A DNA stretch of 64,000 nucleotides from an uncultured Gammaproteobacteria bacterium (GCA_963783695.1 CAWAOM010000004.1:366271-430270), one strand, 5' to 3'; numbered from the stretch's first letter, positions 31,256 to 43,788 are shown. The notes: a model not told the origin generated them from the sequence alone. Numbers and translations are program-made.

Positions 31256-32602
31256 ATGAGTGAATCGACACCGCGCTCTCGCGAGGGGAGTCTCGAAGCG
31301 CCGACCCGACATCCGTTGAACTGGCGCGATCCGGATTTTTACGACGAGGCTTCGTTGTTCAAGGAACTCGAGCGGGTGTTCGATATTTGTCATGGCTGTC
31401 GCCGTTGTTTCAGCCTGTGTAACTCGTTTCCCACGCTTTTTGACGCGGTCGACGAGTCTGACAGCGGCGAGGTCGACGGAATTGCTCGCAAGGTCTACTG
31501 GGAAGTCGTGGACCACTGTTATCTGTGCGACATGTGTTACATGTCCAAGTGCCCCTACGTTCCGCCGCACGAATTCAATATCGATTTCCCGCACCTGATG
31601 CTGCGCGCCAAGGCCAAGCGTTTTCGCGACGAGGGTGCGAGGATGCGTGACAAGGTGCTGACGTCGACCGACATGGTAGGTAAGCTCGCGGGGATTCCGG
31701 TAGTGGCGCAAACCGTCAATGCGGTAAATCACAGCAAATTTGGCAAGAAAATTCTTGACTCGACGCTTGGCGTTCACCCCGAAGCGCCGATACCCGATTA
31801 CCAGCCGAAGTCACTGGCGCGGCGAATGAAACACCACCGTCCTGTTGCAACGGAGCCGGTGGCGGCCGGCCCGACCCGGGGCAAGGTCGCGTTGTTTGGT
31901 ACCTGCTATGGCCGCCATATCCACCCCGATCTCGGCGAGGATCTGGTCGCGGTATTCGAGCACAACGGGATTCCCGTGACCCTGTTGCCGCGTGAGCGAT
32001 GCTGCGGAATGCCAAAGCTGGAGCTGGGTGATCTCGAGCAGGTCGCGAAGCTCAAGGACGAGAATATTCCGGTGCTGGCCGGGCTGGTCGATCAGGGCTG
32101 GGATATCGTGGCGCCCATTCCGTCCTGCGTGCTTATGTTCAAGCAGGAGTTGCCGCTGATGTTCCCCGGTGACGAAGCCGTTGCGAGGGTGCAAAAAGCG
32201 ATTTTCGACCCGTTCGAATATCTGATGCTGCGTCATCGTGATGCCAGGTTGCGAACCGATTTCGTTCGCTCACTGGGGTCGGTCGCATACCACGTGGCCT
32301 GTCACCTGCGAGTCCAGAATATCGGTCTGAAAACCCGCGACGTCCTGCAACTGGTTCCGGACACGACAGTGACGCCGATCGAGCGCTGCTCGGGACACAA
32401 TGGAACGTATGCGGTCAAGCGTGAGTACCACGAAACCTCGATGAAGATCGGCCGGCCCGTGTTTCGCAAGGTCAAGGAAGCCGGCGCCGATTTTTACGCG
32501 AGTGACTGTCCGATGGCGGGCGATCAGATCGCGGCCGGCGCCGAGCAGGCCGTGCCCCCGACCCATCCTTTAAAGCTGCTGCGCCTCGCCTACGGAATCT
32601 GA
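31256..32602 (+). CDS. HdrD/GlpC-like iron-sulfur protein (two ferredoxin-type 4Fe-4S motifs plus CCG domains)
   Basis: Start at ATG 31256 (MSESTPRS). Motifs CHGCRRCFSLCNSFP and CYLCDMCYMSKCPY, a CCG motif RCCGMP and a second degenerate one, RCSGHNG. Confidence 0.85.
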   Translation: MSESTPRSREGSLEAPTRHPLNWRDPDFYDEASLFKELERVFDICHGCRRCFSLCNSFPTLFDAVDESDSGEVDGIARKVYWEVVDHCYLCDMCYMSKCPYVPPHEFNIDFPHLMLRAKAKRFRDEGARMRDKVLTSTDMVGKLAGIPVVAQTVNAVNHSKFGKKILDSTLGVHPEAPIPDYQPKSLARRMKHHRPVATEPVAAGPTRGKVALFGTCYGRHIHPDLGEDLVAVFEHNGIPVTLLPRERCCGMPKLELGDLEQVAKLKDENIPVLAGLVDQGWDIVAPIPSCVLMFKQELPLMFPGDEAVARVQKAIFDPFEYLMLRHRDARLRTDFVRSLGSVAYHVACHLRVQNIGLKTRDVLQLVPDTTVTPIERCSGHNGTYAVKREYHETSMKIGRPVFRKVKEAGADFYASDCPMAGDQIAAGAEQAVPPTHPLKLLRLAYGI

Positions 32603-32634
32603 GCGCGGCCAACCAACGTTCAAGGACTTTACCG

Positions 32635-33219
32635 ATGCACCACTTGCAAGCAAGCGATCTTCTCAGCCTGGAGGACTACCACCAGCAGCGGCCGCAATTC
32701 CGGTCACGGGTGATGGCGCATAAAAAACTGCGCCAGATCGCGGTCGGGCCGAACGCGACGCTGTACTTCGAGGACCGCCTGACGATTCAGTACCAGGTCC
32801 AGGAAATGCTGCGGATCGAGCGCATTTTCGAAGCCGAGGGCATTGCCGACGAGTTGAGCGCATACAACCCATTGATCCCGGACGGGACTAATCTCAAGGC
32901 CACGTTCATGCTCGAGTATCCGGATGCCATGGAGCGCAAGACGGAACTGGCGCGCCTGATCGGGGTCGAGAAAAAGGTGTGGATGGCGGTGGCCGGTTTC
33001 CCCCGCGTTCACGCGATCGCTGATGAAGATCTCGAGCGGGAAACCGAAGAGAAGACCTCGTCAGTGCACTTCATGCGTTTCGAATTTGACCCCGAGATGC
33101 GCGGCGCGTTGCAACAGGGCGCGGCGCTGTCGATCGGAATTGACCATGATAATTATCGCTACAGTGTCGAGCCTCTGGCCAGCGACGTACGCGCGGCCCT
33201 GATAGCGGATCTGGACTGA
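32635..33219 (+). CDS. DUF3501-like protein
   Basis: 194 aa, cysteine-free. LSLEDYHQQRPQFRSRVMAHKKLRQIAVGPNATLYFEDRLTIQYQVQEMLRIERI matches my recollection of DUF3501. Not verified by search. Confidence 0.6.
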   Translation: MHHLQASDLLSLEDYHQQRPQFRSRVMAHKKLRQIAVGPNATLYFEDRLTIQYQVQEMLRIERIFEAEGIADELSAYNPLIPDGTNLKATFMLEYPDAMERKTELARLIGVEKKVWMAVAGFPRVHAIADEDLERETEEKTSSVHFMRFEFDPEMRGALQQGAALSIGIDHDNYRYSVEPLASDVRAALIADLD

Positions 33220-33266
33220 CCCGATCCACCATGTTGCCGGGGCGTCGCTGCCCGGCGTCGCCAGCC

Positions 33267-33287
33267 GCGGCGGCGCTGAGCCGCCGC
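33267..33287 (+). terminator. GC hairpin downstream of the DUF3501 gene, possible non-canonical terminator
   Basis: gcggcggc (33267-33274) pairs with gccgccgc (33280-33287), 5-nt loop. No following T-run. Confidence 0.25.
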
Positions 33288-33292
33288 ATTGA

Positions 33293-35287
<1,995 letters not shown>

Positions 35288-35307
35288 GCCGTGTTGCGGG
35301 GGATGTA

Positions 35308-37554
35308 ATGGAAAACCAGGAACTGAATTTCGACGGCGTCGAACAAATGTCTTTGAAGGCCTTCTCCGAACGGGCCTATCTCAATTATTCGATGTACGTC
35401 ATCCTCGACCGTGCATTGCCGCACATTGGTGACGGACTGAAACCCGTGCAGCGGCGCATCATCTACGCGATGAGCGAACTCGGGCTGTCGGCCGCATCGA
35501 AACCGAAAAAGTCGGCGCGTACGGTCGGCGATGTCATCGGCAAATTCCATCCCCATGGTGACTCGGCCTGCTACGAAGCCATGGTGTTGATGGCGCAGGA
35601 TTTCAGCTATCGTTATCCGATAATCGACGGTCAGGGCAACTGGGGCTCGCAGGACGACCCGAAATCATTTGCGGCGATGCGCTATACCGAGGCGCGGCTG
35701 CGTCCGTATGCCGCGGTACTGCTCAAAGAAGTCGCCCTCGGGACTGTCGACTGGACTGCCAATTTTGATGGCACGTTGCAGGAGCCCGCGATACTCCCGG
35801 CGAGCCTGCCAAACCTGCTGCTAAACGGTACGACCGGCATTGCAGTGGGTATGTCGACTGACGTGCCGCCGCACAATTTGCGCGAGGTTGCCGCCGCGTG
35901 TATCCGGGTACTCGAATCGTCACGGGTTTCGGTTGCCGAGCTCATGGAGCATATCAAGGGTCCGGATTATCCGACCGGCGGTGAGATAGTGACGCCGCCC
36001 GAAGAGCTGCAGGCGCTGTACGAGACCGGTCATGGAACAGTGCGGGTGCGGGCCGGATGGCAGCGCGAGAAGGGCGACATCGTTGTTACCGAATTGCCGC
36101 ACCAGGTTTCCGGCAGCAAGGTGCTGGAGCAGATTGCCGCCCAGATGCGGGCGAAGAAACTGCCGCTGGTAGAGGATCTGCGTGACGAGTCGGATCACGA
36201 AAACCCCACCAGGCTGGTAATAACGCCGCGTTCGTCGCGGGTCGATAGCGACCAGTTGATGAGCCATTTGTTTGCCACGACCGACCTGGAGCGAACCTGT
36301 CGGGTCAATCTCAATGTGATCGGCCTGGATGGCCGGCCACAGGTCCACGACCTGTGCTCGCTGCTGAAAGAATGGATCAAATTCCGTCTCGCGACCGTGA
36401 CCCGGCGGCTCGAGTTTCGGCTGCAGAAAGTTGTTGATCGCCTCCATATACTCGATGGCCTTCTGATTGCCTTCCTGAACATCGACGAAGTGATCGCGAT
36501 CATTCGCGGCGAGGATGAGCCGAAGCCGGTGTTGATGCAGCGCTTTGACCTCAGCGATACACAGGCCGAGGCGATACTCGAACTCAAGCTGCGCCATCTC
36601 GCGCGGCTCGAAGAGATCAAAATTCGCGGAGAGCAGGGCGAGCTGGCCGCCGAGCGTGACAGGATCGAGACTATCCTTGGCAGCCGCGCTCGGCTCAAGA
36701 CACTCGTGCGCAAGGAAATTATGGCGGCGGCGGAACAGCACGGCGACGATCGTCGCAGTCGCCTGGTCGAGCGGCCGGCGGCTCAGGCACTGGATGAGAT
36801 GCAGCTTATCTCCAGCGACCCGGTGACCGTTGTGTTGTCACAACGTGGCTGGGTGCGCGCGGCCAAGGGTCACGAAGTCGATCCCGCCGCGCTTTCCTAC
36901 AAGGCGGGGGACGATTGTCTCGCGGCGGTCCGCGGGCGCAGCAACCAGCAGGCGGTATTCGTGGACAGCAGCGGCCGTGCCTACAGTCTTGCGGCGCATA
37001 CGTTGCCATCGGCGCGCGGTCAGGGAGAACCGCTTTCCGGTCGCCTCAATCCGGCCGACGGCGCAGGTTTTGCCGGCCTGATGATCGGCGACCCCGACGA
37101 GCGGTGGTTGCTGGCGACCGATGCCGGTTATGGTTTCGTCGCGCGTCTCGGCGATCTGCATTCGCGAAACCGCGCGGGCAAGGCCGCGATCAAGGTGCCG
37201 CCGGACGCCACGGTGCTGGCACCGGCGCTGGTGGTCGGTGGTGACAATGCATGGGTCGTTGCAGCGACGAGCAGTGGCAATATGCTCAGTTTCCCGCTGA
37301 AGGAGCTGCCGGAGCTTGCGCGTGGCAAGGGCAACAAGATCATCCAGATACCGCCCAAGCGTCTGACGTCGGGCGAGGAACGGCTGGCGGCCGTTGCCGT
37401 TATCGGGCCGGACAACTCGCTGCTGGTTCATAGCGGCCAGCGTCACTTGCGGTTTCGTTATCATGAGCTTGAGCGCTACGAGGGAGAACGTGCGCAACGC
37501 GGCGCGTTGCTGCCACGTGGTTTCCGCAAGGTCGAACGGCTGGAAGTAGAGTAG
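35308..37554 (+). CDS. parC: DNA topoisomerase IV subunit A
   Basis: ATG 35308 ([10 protein letters not shown]). Active-site tyrosine region [10 protein letters not shown]. Confidence 0.93.
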   Translation: MENQELNFDGVEQMSLKAFSERAYLNYSMYVILDRALPHIGDGLKPVQRRIIYAMSELGLSAASKPKKSARTVGDVIGKFHPHGDSACYEAMVLMAQDFSYRYPIIDGQGNWGSQDDPKSFAAMRYTEARLRPYAAVLLKEVALGTVDWTANFDGTLQEPAILPASLPNLLLNGTTGIAVGMSTDVPPHNLREVAAACIRVLESSRVSVAELMEHIKGPDYPTGGEIVTPPEELQALYETGHGTVRVRAGWQREKGDIVVTELPHQVSGSKVLEQIAAQMRAKKLPLVEDLRDESDHENPTRLVITPRSSRVDSDQLMSHLFATTDLERTCRVNLNVIGLDGRPQVHDLCSLLKEWIKFRLATVTRRLEFRLQKVVDRLHILDGLLIAFLNIDEVIAIIRGEDEPKPVLMQRFDLSDTQAEAILELKLRHLARLEEIKIRGEQGELAAERDRIETILGSRARLKTLVRKEIMAAAEQHGDDRRSRLVERPAAQALDEMQLISSDPVTVVLSQRGWVRAAKGHEVDPAALSYKAGDDCLAAVRGRSNQQAVFVDSSGRAYSLAAHTLPSARGQGEPLSGRLNPADGAGFAGLMIGDPDERWLLATDAGYGFVARLGDLHSRNRAGKAAIKVPPDATVLAPALVVGGDNAWVVAATSSGNMLSFPLKELPELARGKGNKIIQIPPKRLTSGEERLAAVAVIGPDNSLLVHSGQRHLRFRYHELERYEGERAQRGALLPRGFRKVERLEVE

Positions 37555-37567
37555 CGCCAGCGCAGGT

Positions 37568-39649
37568 CTAGATTACCTGCTCCTCGAGCACGACTTCGGG
37601 TTCTTGTACGTAATAGCCTTGCACGCATTGGACGCCGATCTGCCACAAAACCGCCATCGTGTTGGCATCCTCGACCCGCTCTGCAATGGTCTGTACGTCG
37701 CGCGCAAGGGCCATCTCCACGAGAGAGCGGACCTTTGCTTGTTTGGCTTCGTTGCTTGCCAGTCCCTGCATCAAAGAGCCGTCGATTTTTATGTAGTCCA
37801 TGGGCATTTGTTCCAGCAGACGTCCGGAAGTTGCCAGCAGTCCGAAATGTTCGATGGCGAAGGAGAAACCGAATTCTCCAAGTTGCTGTGCCAGTTCCTG
37901 GGTGGGCAGCACGTTCTCGGCGGCCACGTCTTCCGGAATCTGAATGCAGATCACGTTGGTCGGCAGCTTGGCGCTCTTGACCAGTTGCGACACCCATTTG
38001 GCGAGCCCGGTATCGGTGATCGAATCGCTGGAAATACGGACGAAAACCCGTGATGCCCGGCGCGCCGCACAAAATTGCACGGCGGCATTGATGATCCAGC
38101 GATCGAGCGTTTTCATCAGGCCGTTGCGCTGCGCCGCAGGGAGAAAATCGCCCGGGAGTATTTCGTTGCCGCGCGGATCTTTCATGCGGACAACGACGTC
38201 ATACATGTCTTTGCTCTGACTCTGCAGGCTCGCGATTGGCTGGTGCACGAGGTGGAGCCGGTTCTCCATCAGTGCCGCCTTGATCAGCTTGATCCAGATC
38301 GCGTCCTGCGCTTCGGTGCGGGTCGAAGAGGCGAGATCGATTTTGTGGACGACCACCTTGTCGCCGCCTTCCTCGCGGCCCTTTTCGTTCGCGGCATCGG
38401 CCAGCGTAACGAGGTCGACAATCTTGCCGCCGCCGCTACCGACCGGAGCGACGCCGACGGTACAGGTAATCGAGATGGACTTGCCGCCCCCCTCGAAGGT
38501 CAGTCGCCTGACCCGCTGGCACAGGCTCTGGGCCCATTCCTCCACATCGAGGTCGGTCCCGCGAGCGAGCAGAACGGCGAACATCGTGCCACCGAATCGC
38601 CCGACCAGGTCGTCCGGTCCGGCCAGCTCCTGTAGTGTCGATGCGAGCTTGACAATCACGTCTTCGCTGGCGAGGGGGCCAACTTTCTGTTTGATCGCGC
38701 GAAATTTGTCCGGCGTGACATAGGCGAGTGCGCGGACACCGCCTTTGGCCGATTCCGCGACGGCGGCTTCCAGCTCGGTAAGGAACTGTTGCCGGTGCAG
38801 CAGCCCGGTTAGCGGGTCGCGCGTTGCTACCTCGGTGATGCGTTCTTCCGGTTCGCGGTTTTCCTCGGCACCCGCGCGGATACAGACGCGGACGCACGGT
38901 TCGCCGTCGAACTCTGCCTCGTCGAGCTGCAGGTTGAGCGCTAACGCCGAGCCGTCACTGCAAAGACCCTGGATTTTGAGGTCGTGGTCACTCCATTTGC
39001 CCTGTCCGCACGCGACCAGGGCGCCCTTCAACGCGGCATGATTGTCGGCCTCGAAAAAGTCCATTAGCGGCATGCCGTCGATAGCCTCGGGGTCGGGATA
39101 ACCGAAGAGCTCGAGCCATGCCGGGTTGGAATCCACCACGATGCCTTCCTGGACATGGGCGATAGCGTCGGCGGATCCTTCCATGAAAGCATTGAGTGCG
39201 CGCTTGTACTCGGTTGCTGAGACCAGCGTGCGATTCAGCGCGCGCTCGAGCCGGAATGCCCTGAGTTCGCGCCCGCACACCCATTGCAGCCGGTCGCGGT
39301 GACGCAGTGAAACGATGTCCTGGGCGCCACGGCGCATCGCCAGTGCAATCGAATCTTCGTCGACTTCATCGCGCACATCGAGAATCGGTACTCCCGAGGC
39401 ATAGGCATTGCGGATATCGTCGAGTTGCTCGAGCGAGGTGTTGATGTCCTCGCTAAAGACCAGTAACAGCTCGGGGTTAATCTGGGTCAGCGCATCGGCG
39501 AGGTCGCCGACGTCGGGAATATGGGTGCAGTGCACCGGGTGGCCGGCGTTTCGCAGCGTGCTGTTGATGGCCTCGACATTATCGGGCCGTTCCGCAATCA
39601 CGATAATCGGCACCGCGCTCTTGTCGCTCAAAACCTGCTCCTGACGCAA
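37568..39649 (-). CDS. FimX-like pseudo-receiver / PAS / degenerate GGDEF / degenerate EAL protein
   Basis: The receiver-like N-terminus lacks the acceptor Asp (..PELLLVFSED..). The GGDEF position reads RFGGTMF. The EAL position reads YDVVVRM after HQPIASL. The DDFG position reads IEHFG. 693 aa. Confidence 0.7.
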   Translation of the reverse strand: MRQEQVLSDKSAVPIIVIAERPDNVEAINSTLRNAGHPVHCTHIPDVGDLADALTQINPELLLVFSEDINTSLEQLDDIRNAYASGVPILDVRDEVDEDSIALAMRRGAQDIVSLRHRDRLQWVCGRELRAFRLERALNRTLVSATEYKRALNAFMEGSADAIAHVQEGIVVDSNPAWLELFGYPDPEAIDGMPLMDFFEADNHAALKGALVACGQGKWSDHDLKIQGLCSDGSALALNLQLDEAEFDGEPCVRVCIRAGAEENREPEERITEVATRDPLTGLLHRQQFLTELEAAVAESAKGGVRALAYVTPDKFRAIKQKVGPLASEDVIVKLASTLQELAGPDDLVGRFGGTMFAVLLARGTDLDVEEWAQSLCQRVRRLTFEGGGKSISITCTVGVAPVGSGGGKIVDLVTLADAANEKGREEGGDKVVVHKIDLASSTRTEAQDAIWIKLIKAALMENRLHLVHQPIASLQSQSKDMYDVVVRMKDPRGNEILPGDFLPAAQRNGLMKTLDRWIINAAVQFCAARRASRVFVRISSDSITDTGLAKWVSQLVKSAKLPTNVICIQIPEDVAAENVLPTQELAQQLGEFGFSFAIEHFGLLATSGRLLEQMPMDYIKIDGSLMQGLASNEAKQAKVRSLVEMALARDVQTIAERVEDANTMAVLWQIGVQCVQGYYVQEPEVVLEEQVI

Positions 39650-39703
39650 AAAATACAGCCGCTTAGGCCCGTTCCGACCAGCGCATGGGTCGAACCACCC
39701 ATA

Positions 39704-40726
39704 TTAGCAAGACCCGGGCGGCGGTACAGGCACTTTGCTTGGTGCGCCGGCTTTTTCGCAAACCAGTTTCGGCACCAGGTAGCCCGGAAGGCGCACGAGC
39801 AGCTCTGCGATCAGGGTCTGAGCCCGGCTTCGCGAGACTTCGAAATGGGCCGTGCCCTGAACCCGATCGAGCAGATGCAGGTAGTACGGCATGACCCCGC
39901 AGTCGAACAATTTCTCGGACAGCGCCGCCAGGGAATCTCCGGTGTCGTTGACCGCGCGCAGCAGCACCGTCTGGTTTAGCAGTATTGCTCCGGCCGCACG
40001 CAAGCGTTGGCAAGCATGGCGGAAATCGGCGTTGATTTCCTTGTCGTGATTCACATGCAGAACGATTGTCACGGGCGCGCGCAGCCGTTTTAGCCACCCG
40101 AGCAGGCGGTCGTCGACCCGCTTCGGGAGAACCACGGGCTGGCGGGTGTGGACACGAATCCGCCTGACATGCGGAATCGCGTCGATTGCCGCAGTCAGAT
40201 GGCCGAGTTTGTCGTCATTGAGCGATAACGGGTCGCCGCCGCTCAGGATGACTTCAGTGATCTCGGGATTGGCGCCGATCCACTTGAGCGCGGCGTCCCA
40301 TTGTCCGCGTGCCGCGGTCTGATCGGCATACGGAAAGTGGCGGCGGAAACAGAACCGGCAGTGCACCGCGCAGGCGGCGGTGGTGATCAGCAGTACCCGG
40401 CCGCGGTATTTGTGTAGCAGCCCCGGAGTCAGACTGCTGGCCAGGTCGCCAACCGCGTCCTCGCTAAAGCCCGGCGCCTCGCCGAATTCCGCGTCCAGTG
40501 GCAACACCTGGCGCAACAGTGGATCGCCAGGGTCACGTCGCGCCATTCTTGCAACGTAGCCGCGTGGGACCCGCAACGGGAACAATCTGCTCGCGCGTTG
40601 TGCCGCGGGCAGCAATGCGTCGTCGAGTTCCAGCAGTCCGAGCAGTTCCGCCGGGTCGGTGATCGCCGCTGCCAGTTCGGCTTGCCACGGCGCGTGCTGA
40701 CGAATGTGGGGGGTAAGCGGTATCAT
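39704..40726 (-). CDS. epmB: EF-P beta-lysylation protein EpmB (lysine 2,3-aminomutase family, radical SAM)
   Basis: CAVHCRFCFRR radical-SAM motif. Start ATG 40726 (MIPLTPHIRQH) is preferred, because the 40783 start would leave only 5 nt before the divergent efp. Confidence 0.9.
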   Translation of the reverse strand: MIPLTPHIRQHAPWQAELAAAITDPAELLGLLELDDALLPAAQRASRLFPLRVPRGYVARMARRDPGDPLLRQVLPLDAEFGEAPGFSEDAVGDLASSLTPGLLHKYRGRVLLITTAACAVHCRFCFRRHFPYADQTAARGQWDAALKWIGANPEITEVILSGGDPLSLNDDKLGHLTAAIDAIPHVRRIRVHTRQPVVLPKRVDDRLLGWLKRLRAPVTIVLHVNHDKEINADFRHACQRLRAAGAILLNQTVLLRAVNDTGDSLAALSEKLFDCGVMPYYLHLLDRVQGTAHFEVSRSRAQTLIAELLVRLPGYLVPKLVCEKAGAPSKVPVPPPGSC

Positions 40727-40788
40727 GAGCGTTTTTGCCGATCGCCGGGCTGGCCGGTCGCAAAACCAATAGCGTTGGAACATTATAA

Positions 40789-41358
40789 ATGGCTACCTAC
40801 AGCACGAATGAATTCCGCTCCGGTTTGAAGATTCTCATGGATGGAGATCCCTGCACCATTGTCGAGAATGAGTTCGTCAAACCCGGCAAGGGCCAGGCTT
40901 TTAGTCGGGTCAAAATCCGCAACCTCAAGACCGGCCGCGTGGTCGACAAGACATTCAAGTCCGGCGAAACGGTCGAGGCAGCCGATGTCCTTGAAACGGA
41001 AATGCAATATCTCTACGAAGATGGAGAGTTCTGGCATTTCATGGTTGCAGATACCTTCGAGCAGTACGCCGCTGACGCGAAAGCGATCGGCGATTCTGCG
41101 AAGTGGCTGAAAGAGCAGGACATGTGCCAGATTACGTTGTGGAACAACGCTCCGATTCTCGTCGCACCGCCAAATTTCGTCGTGCTCGAGGTTACGGAAA
41201 CCGACCCGGGTGTGCGCGGGGATACCGCCCAGGGCGGCGTGAAACCGGCCACGCTGAGTACAGGCGCGATAGTACGCGTTCCGCTGTTTCTCGAAATAGG
41301 CGACGTAATCAAGGTCGATACGCGCAGCGGTGAGTATGTGTCGCGGGTCAAGGATTAG
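40789..41358 (+). CDS. efp: elongation factor P
   Basis: [14 protein letters not shown] start. KPGKGQAF loop carrying the modifiable lysine. Confidence 0.97.
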   Translation: MATYSTNEFRSGLKILMDGDPCTIVENEFVKPGKGQAFSRVKIRNLKTGRVVDKTFKSGETVEAADVLETEMQYLYEDGEFWHFMVADTFEQYAADAKAIGDSAKWLKEQDMCQITLWNNAPILVAPPNFVVLEVTETDPGVRGDTAQGGVKPATLSTGAIVRVPLFLEIGDVIKVDTRSGEYVSRVKD

Positions 41359-41396
41359 GGGTCTGGCGGGTTGAACCCTGCGATGCCGCGGCCATC

Positions 41397-42371
41397 GTGG
41401 CCCTGAGCGCTGACTGGCGTCCCGGTGCCGACATCGGGACGTTGCGGCTGCGAGCGGAGTTGTTGCGCAGGATGAGACGCTACTTTGAGCGCGCAGGCGT
41501 GCTCGAGGTTGAAACGCCGGCCTTGTCGCAGTCCGCGACAACCGACCCGCATATCTGCAGCATGGCCGTTGCGACGGGGTCGGGTCAGCCGCGCTTTCTC
41601 CATACTTCGCCGGAACTCGCCATGAAGCGCCTGCTGGCGGCGGGTGTCGGCGATATATTCCAGGTCTGCCGGGTTTTCCGTGGCGAGGAGTCGGGCGCAC
41701 TCCATAATCCGGAGTTCTCACTGCTCGAGTATTACCGCGTTGGCATGGATCACCATGATCTGATGGGCGATCTGGCGAATCTGATTGCCACCGTTACCGC
41801 GGGGTGGCTGGACCTGGACGACCCGGAGTATGTGCCCTATGCCGAGGCGTTTTCCACTTTCGCGGGCTGCGATCCTTTTCGCGACGATGCGACCGCAATT
41901 GCCGCCGCAATGGTCGCGCGCGGGATCGATGTGCCCGATTCGATCCTGCGCGAGCGCGACGTCCTTATAGACCTCGCAATGGCATCTCTGGTCTGTCCGC
42001 AGATGGGGCAGGGGCGGCTCGGTTTCGTCTATGATTTCCCGCCGCAACAGGCGGCCCTTGCCAGGACGAGGCCGGGTGATCCGCCGGTGGCGGAGCGATT
42101 CGAGGCTTTTCTGGATGGGATGGAGCTGGCCAATGGCTTCAACGAACTGCTCGATGCAGCGGAGCAGCGGCGTAGATTCGCCGCGGAACTGCGGCGGCGG
42201 GAGCGCGCGGGACTGCCGCGGGTAGCCGTTGACGAACGTTTTCTGGCGGCGCTCGAAGCCGGGCTGCCGGCCTGCGCCGGAGTGGCGCTGGGACTCGATC
42301 GGCTGCTGATGCTGGTTGCCGGCGCGGCGACGCTCGATGAGGTGCTCGCGTTTGGCTGGGAGAGGGTGTGA
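41397..42371 (+). CDS. epmA: EF-P lysine-lysyltransferase EpmA (GenX/PoxA)
   Basis: Class II aaRS-like core (RVFRGEESGALHNPEFSLLEYY) without an anticodon-binding domain. GTG start. Confidence 0.9.
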   Translation: MALSADWRPGADIGTLRLRAELLRRMRRYFERAGVLEVETPALSQSATTDPHICSMAVATGSGQPRFLHTSPELAMKRLLAAGVGDIFQVCRVFRGEESGALHNPEFSLLEYYRVGMDHHDLMGDLANLIATVTAGWLDLDDPEYVPYAEAFSTFAGCDPFRDDATAIAAAMVARGIDVPDSILRERDVLIDLAMASLVCPQMGQGRLGFVYDFPPQQAALARTRPGDPPVAERFEAFLDGMELANGFNELLDAAEQRRRFAAELRRRERAGLPRVAVDERFLAALEAGLPACAGVALGLDRLLMLVAGAATLDEVLAFGWERV

Positions 42372-42396
42372 CAAATGCCTGGAAGGGAGCACGATT

Positions 42397-42870
42397 GTGA
42401 CGACTGATAGCAAGACGGTGGAATTGGAGACGCTGCGGGCGGCCGCGCGTGCCTTGATCGAGGGAGAGCGCGATGTCATTGCCAACGCGGCCAATCTGTC
42501 AGCGCTGTTGTTTCACGAGCTCGCCGACGTCAACTGGGTCGGTTTCTACTTTTTCCGTGACGGCGAGCTGGTAGTCGGGCCGTTCCAGGGCCGGCCGGCA
42601 TGCGTGCGTATTGCTCTGGGGGCAGGGGTCTGTGGCACGGCGGCTGCCACCCGCACTACTCAACGGGTGGCGGACGTGCATGGTTTCGCTGGTCATATTG
42701 CCTGCGATTCGGCCTCTAATTCGGAGATTGTTGTGCCGCTGGTGCGCAACGGCGAGCTACTGGGCGTGCTCGATGTCGACAGCCCGTTGTTCGATCGTTT
42801 CGATGCCGCGGACCAGGTCGGACTCGAGTCGATCGCCGCGGATTTCGTTTCCGCACTCGATCGCGCGTAG
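42397..42870 (+). CDS. GAF-domain protein, free methionine-(R)-sulfoxide reductase family (YebR/MsrC-like)
   Basis: WVGFYFF, PACVRIALGAGVCG and HIACDSASNSEIVVP. GTG 42397 with a GGAAGGGAG RBS is preferred over the longer ORF that overlaps epmA. Confidence 0.8.
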   Translation: MTTDSKTVELETLRAAARALIEGERDVIANAANLSALLFHELADVNWVGFYFFRDGELVVGPFQGRPACVRIALGAGVCGTAAATRTTQRVADVHGFAGHIACDSASNSEIVVPLVRNGELLGVLDVDSPLFDRFDAADQVGLESIAADFVSALDRA

Positions 42871-42876
42871 ATCTGC

Positions 42877-43770
42877 TCAGTTTTTCGCGACGCTGGTGGT
42901 TCTGCCAATCGCCATACCCAGGCGAACGGTTTGGTCTGCGGCCAGTTGCGATTCCCATTCGGCGCGGCCTTTCGGCAACAGCATGATCACGGTGGAACCC
43001 ATATTGAAGCGCCCCATTTCGGCGCCCTTGGCCAGTTCCGGACCGCTACCGGCATAGGTTCGGTGCGCTACCGCACCGCGGTGCGGCGGTGTGATTTCGC
43101 CGGCCCAGACGGTCTCGATACTGCCCACGAACAACGCGCCCACCAGCACCATTGCCATGGGGCCGGCCGCGGTGTCGAACATGCAGGCGACCCGCTCGTT
43201 GCGGGCAAACAGGTTCGGGACGCTGCGCGCCGTGGCCGCGTTGACGCTAAACAGCCGACCGGGGATGTAAACGGTTTCGGTGAGCTTTCCGGCGCTCGGC
43301 ATGTGGATACGATGATAGTTGTAGGGGGCAAGATAAATCGTCGCGAACAAGCCGCCGTCGAACACTGCGGCCAGGTCGGCGCGGTCGCCAAGCAATTCAC
43401 GCATGCTGAAGTGACGTCCCTTTGCCTGCACCAGTCGGCCATCGCGGAGGTCGCCGATCTGGCTGATGGTGCCGTCAACGGGGCACGCCAGCACATCGGA
43501 ACCCGCGGCGATCTCGCGTGCTCCGGGTTTCAGCGCGCGGGTAAAGAACGCATTGAACGTGGCATAGCCGTCCAGGTTTTCCTCGACCGCCTCACCCAGA
43601 TCGATCGCAAAGTACTTGACGAACCAGCGCGTAAACGGTTTGCGGAACCAGTCCGCATCGAGCCGGGTGAGCCAGTGCATCGCCCGCGACAGAGCATGCT
43701 GCGGGAGCAAATGCTGGAGTAGTGCAAACAGGCGGTCGGAGATGCTGGCACCCTGGTTATCGTCGCTCAA
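42877..43770 (-). CDS. psd: phosphatidylserine decarboxylase proenzyme
   Basis: Self-cleavage motif region GRFNMGSTVIMLLP near the C-terminus. Confidence 0.92.
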   Translation of the reverse strand: MSDDNQGASISDRLFALLQHLLPQHALSRAMHWLTRLDADWFRKPFTRWFVKYFAIDLGEAVEENLDGYATFNAFFTRALKPGAREIAAGSDVLACPVDGTISQIGDLRDGRLVQAKGRHFSMRELLGDRADLAAVFDGGLFATIYLAPYNYHRIHMPSAGKLTETVYIPGRLFSVNAATARSVPNLFARNERVACMFDTAAGPMAMVLVGALFVGSIETVWAGEITPPHRGAVAHRTYAGSGPELAKGAEMGRFNMGSTVIMLLPKGRAEWESQLAADQTVRLGMAIGRTTSVAKN

Positions 43771-43788
43771 GTCAGCGGCCCCATAAAT

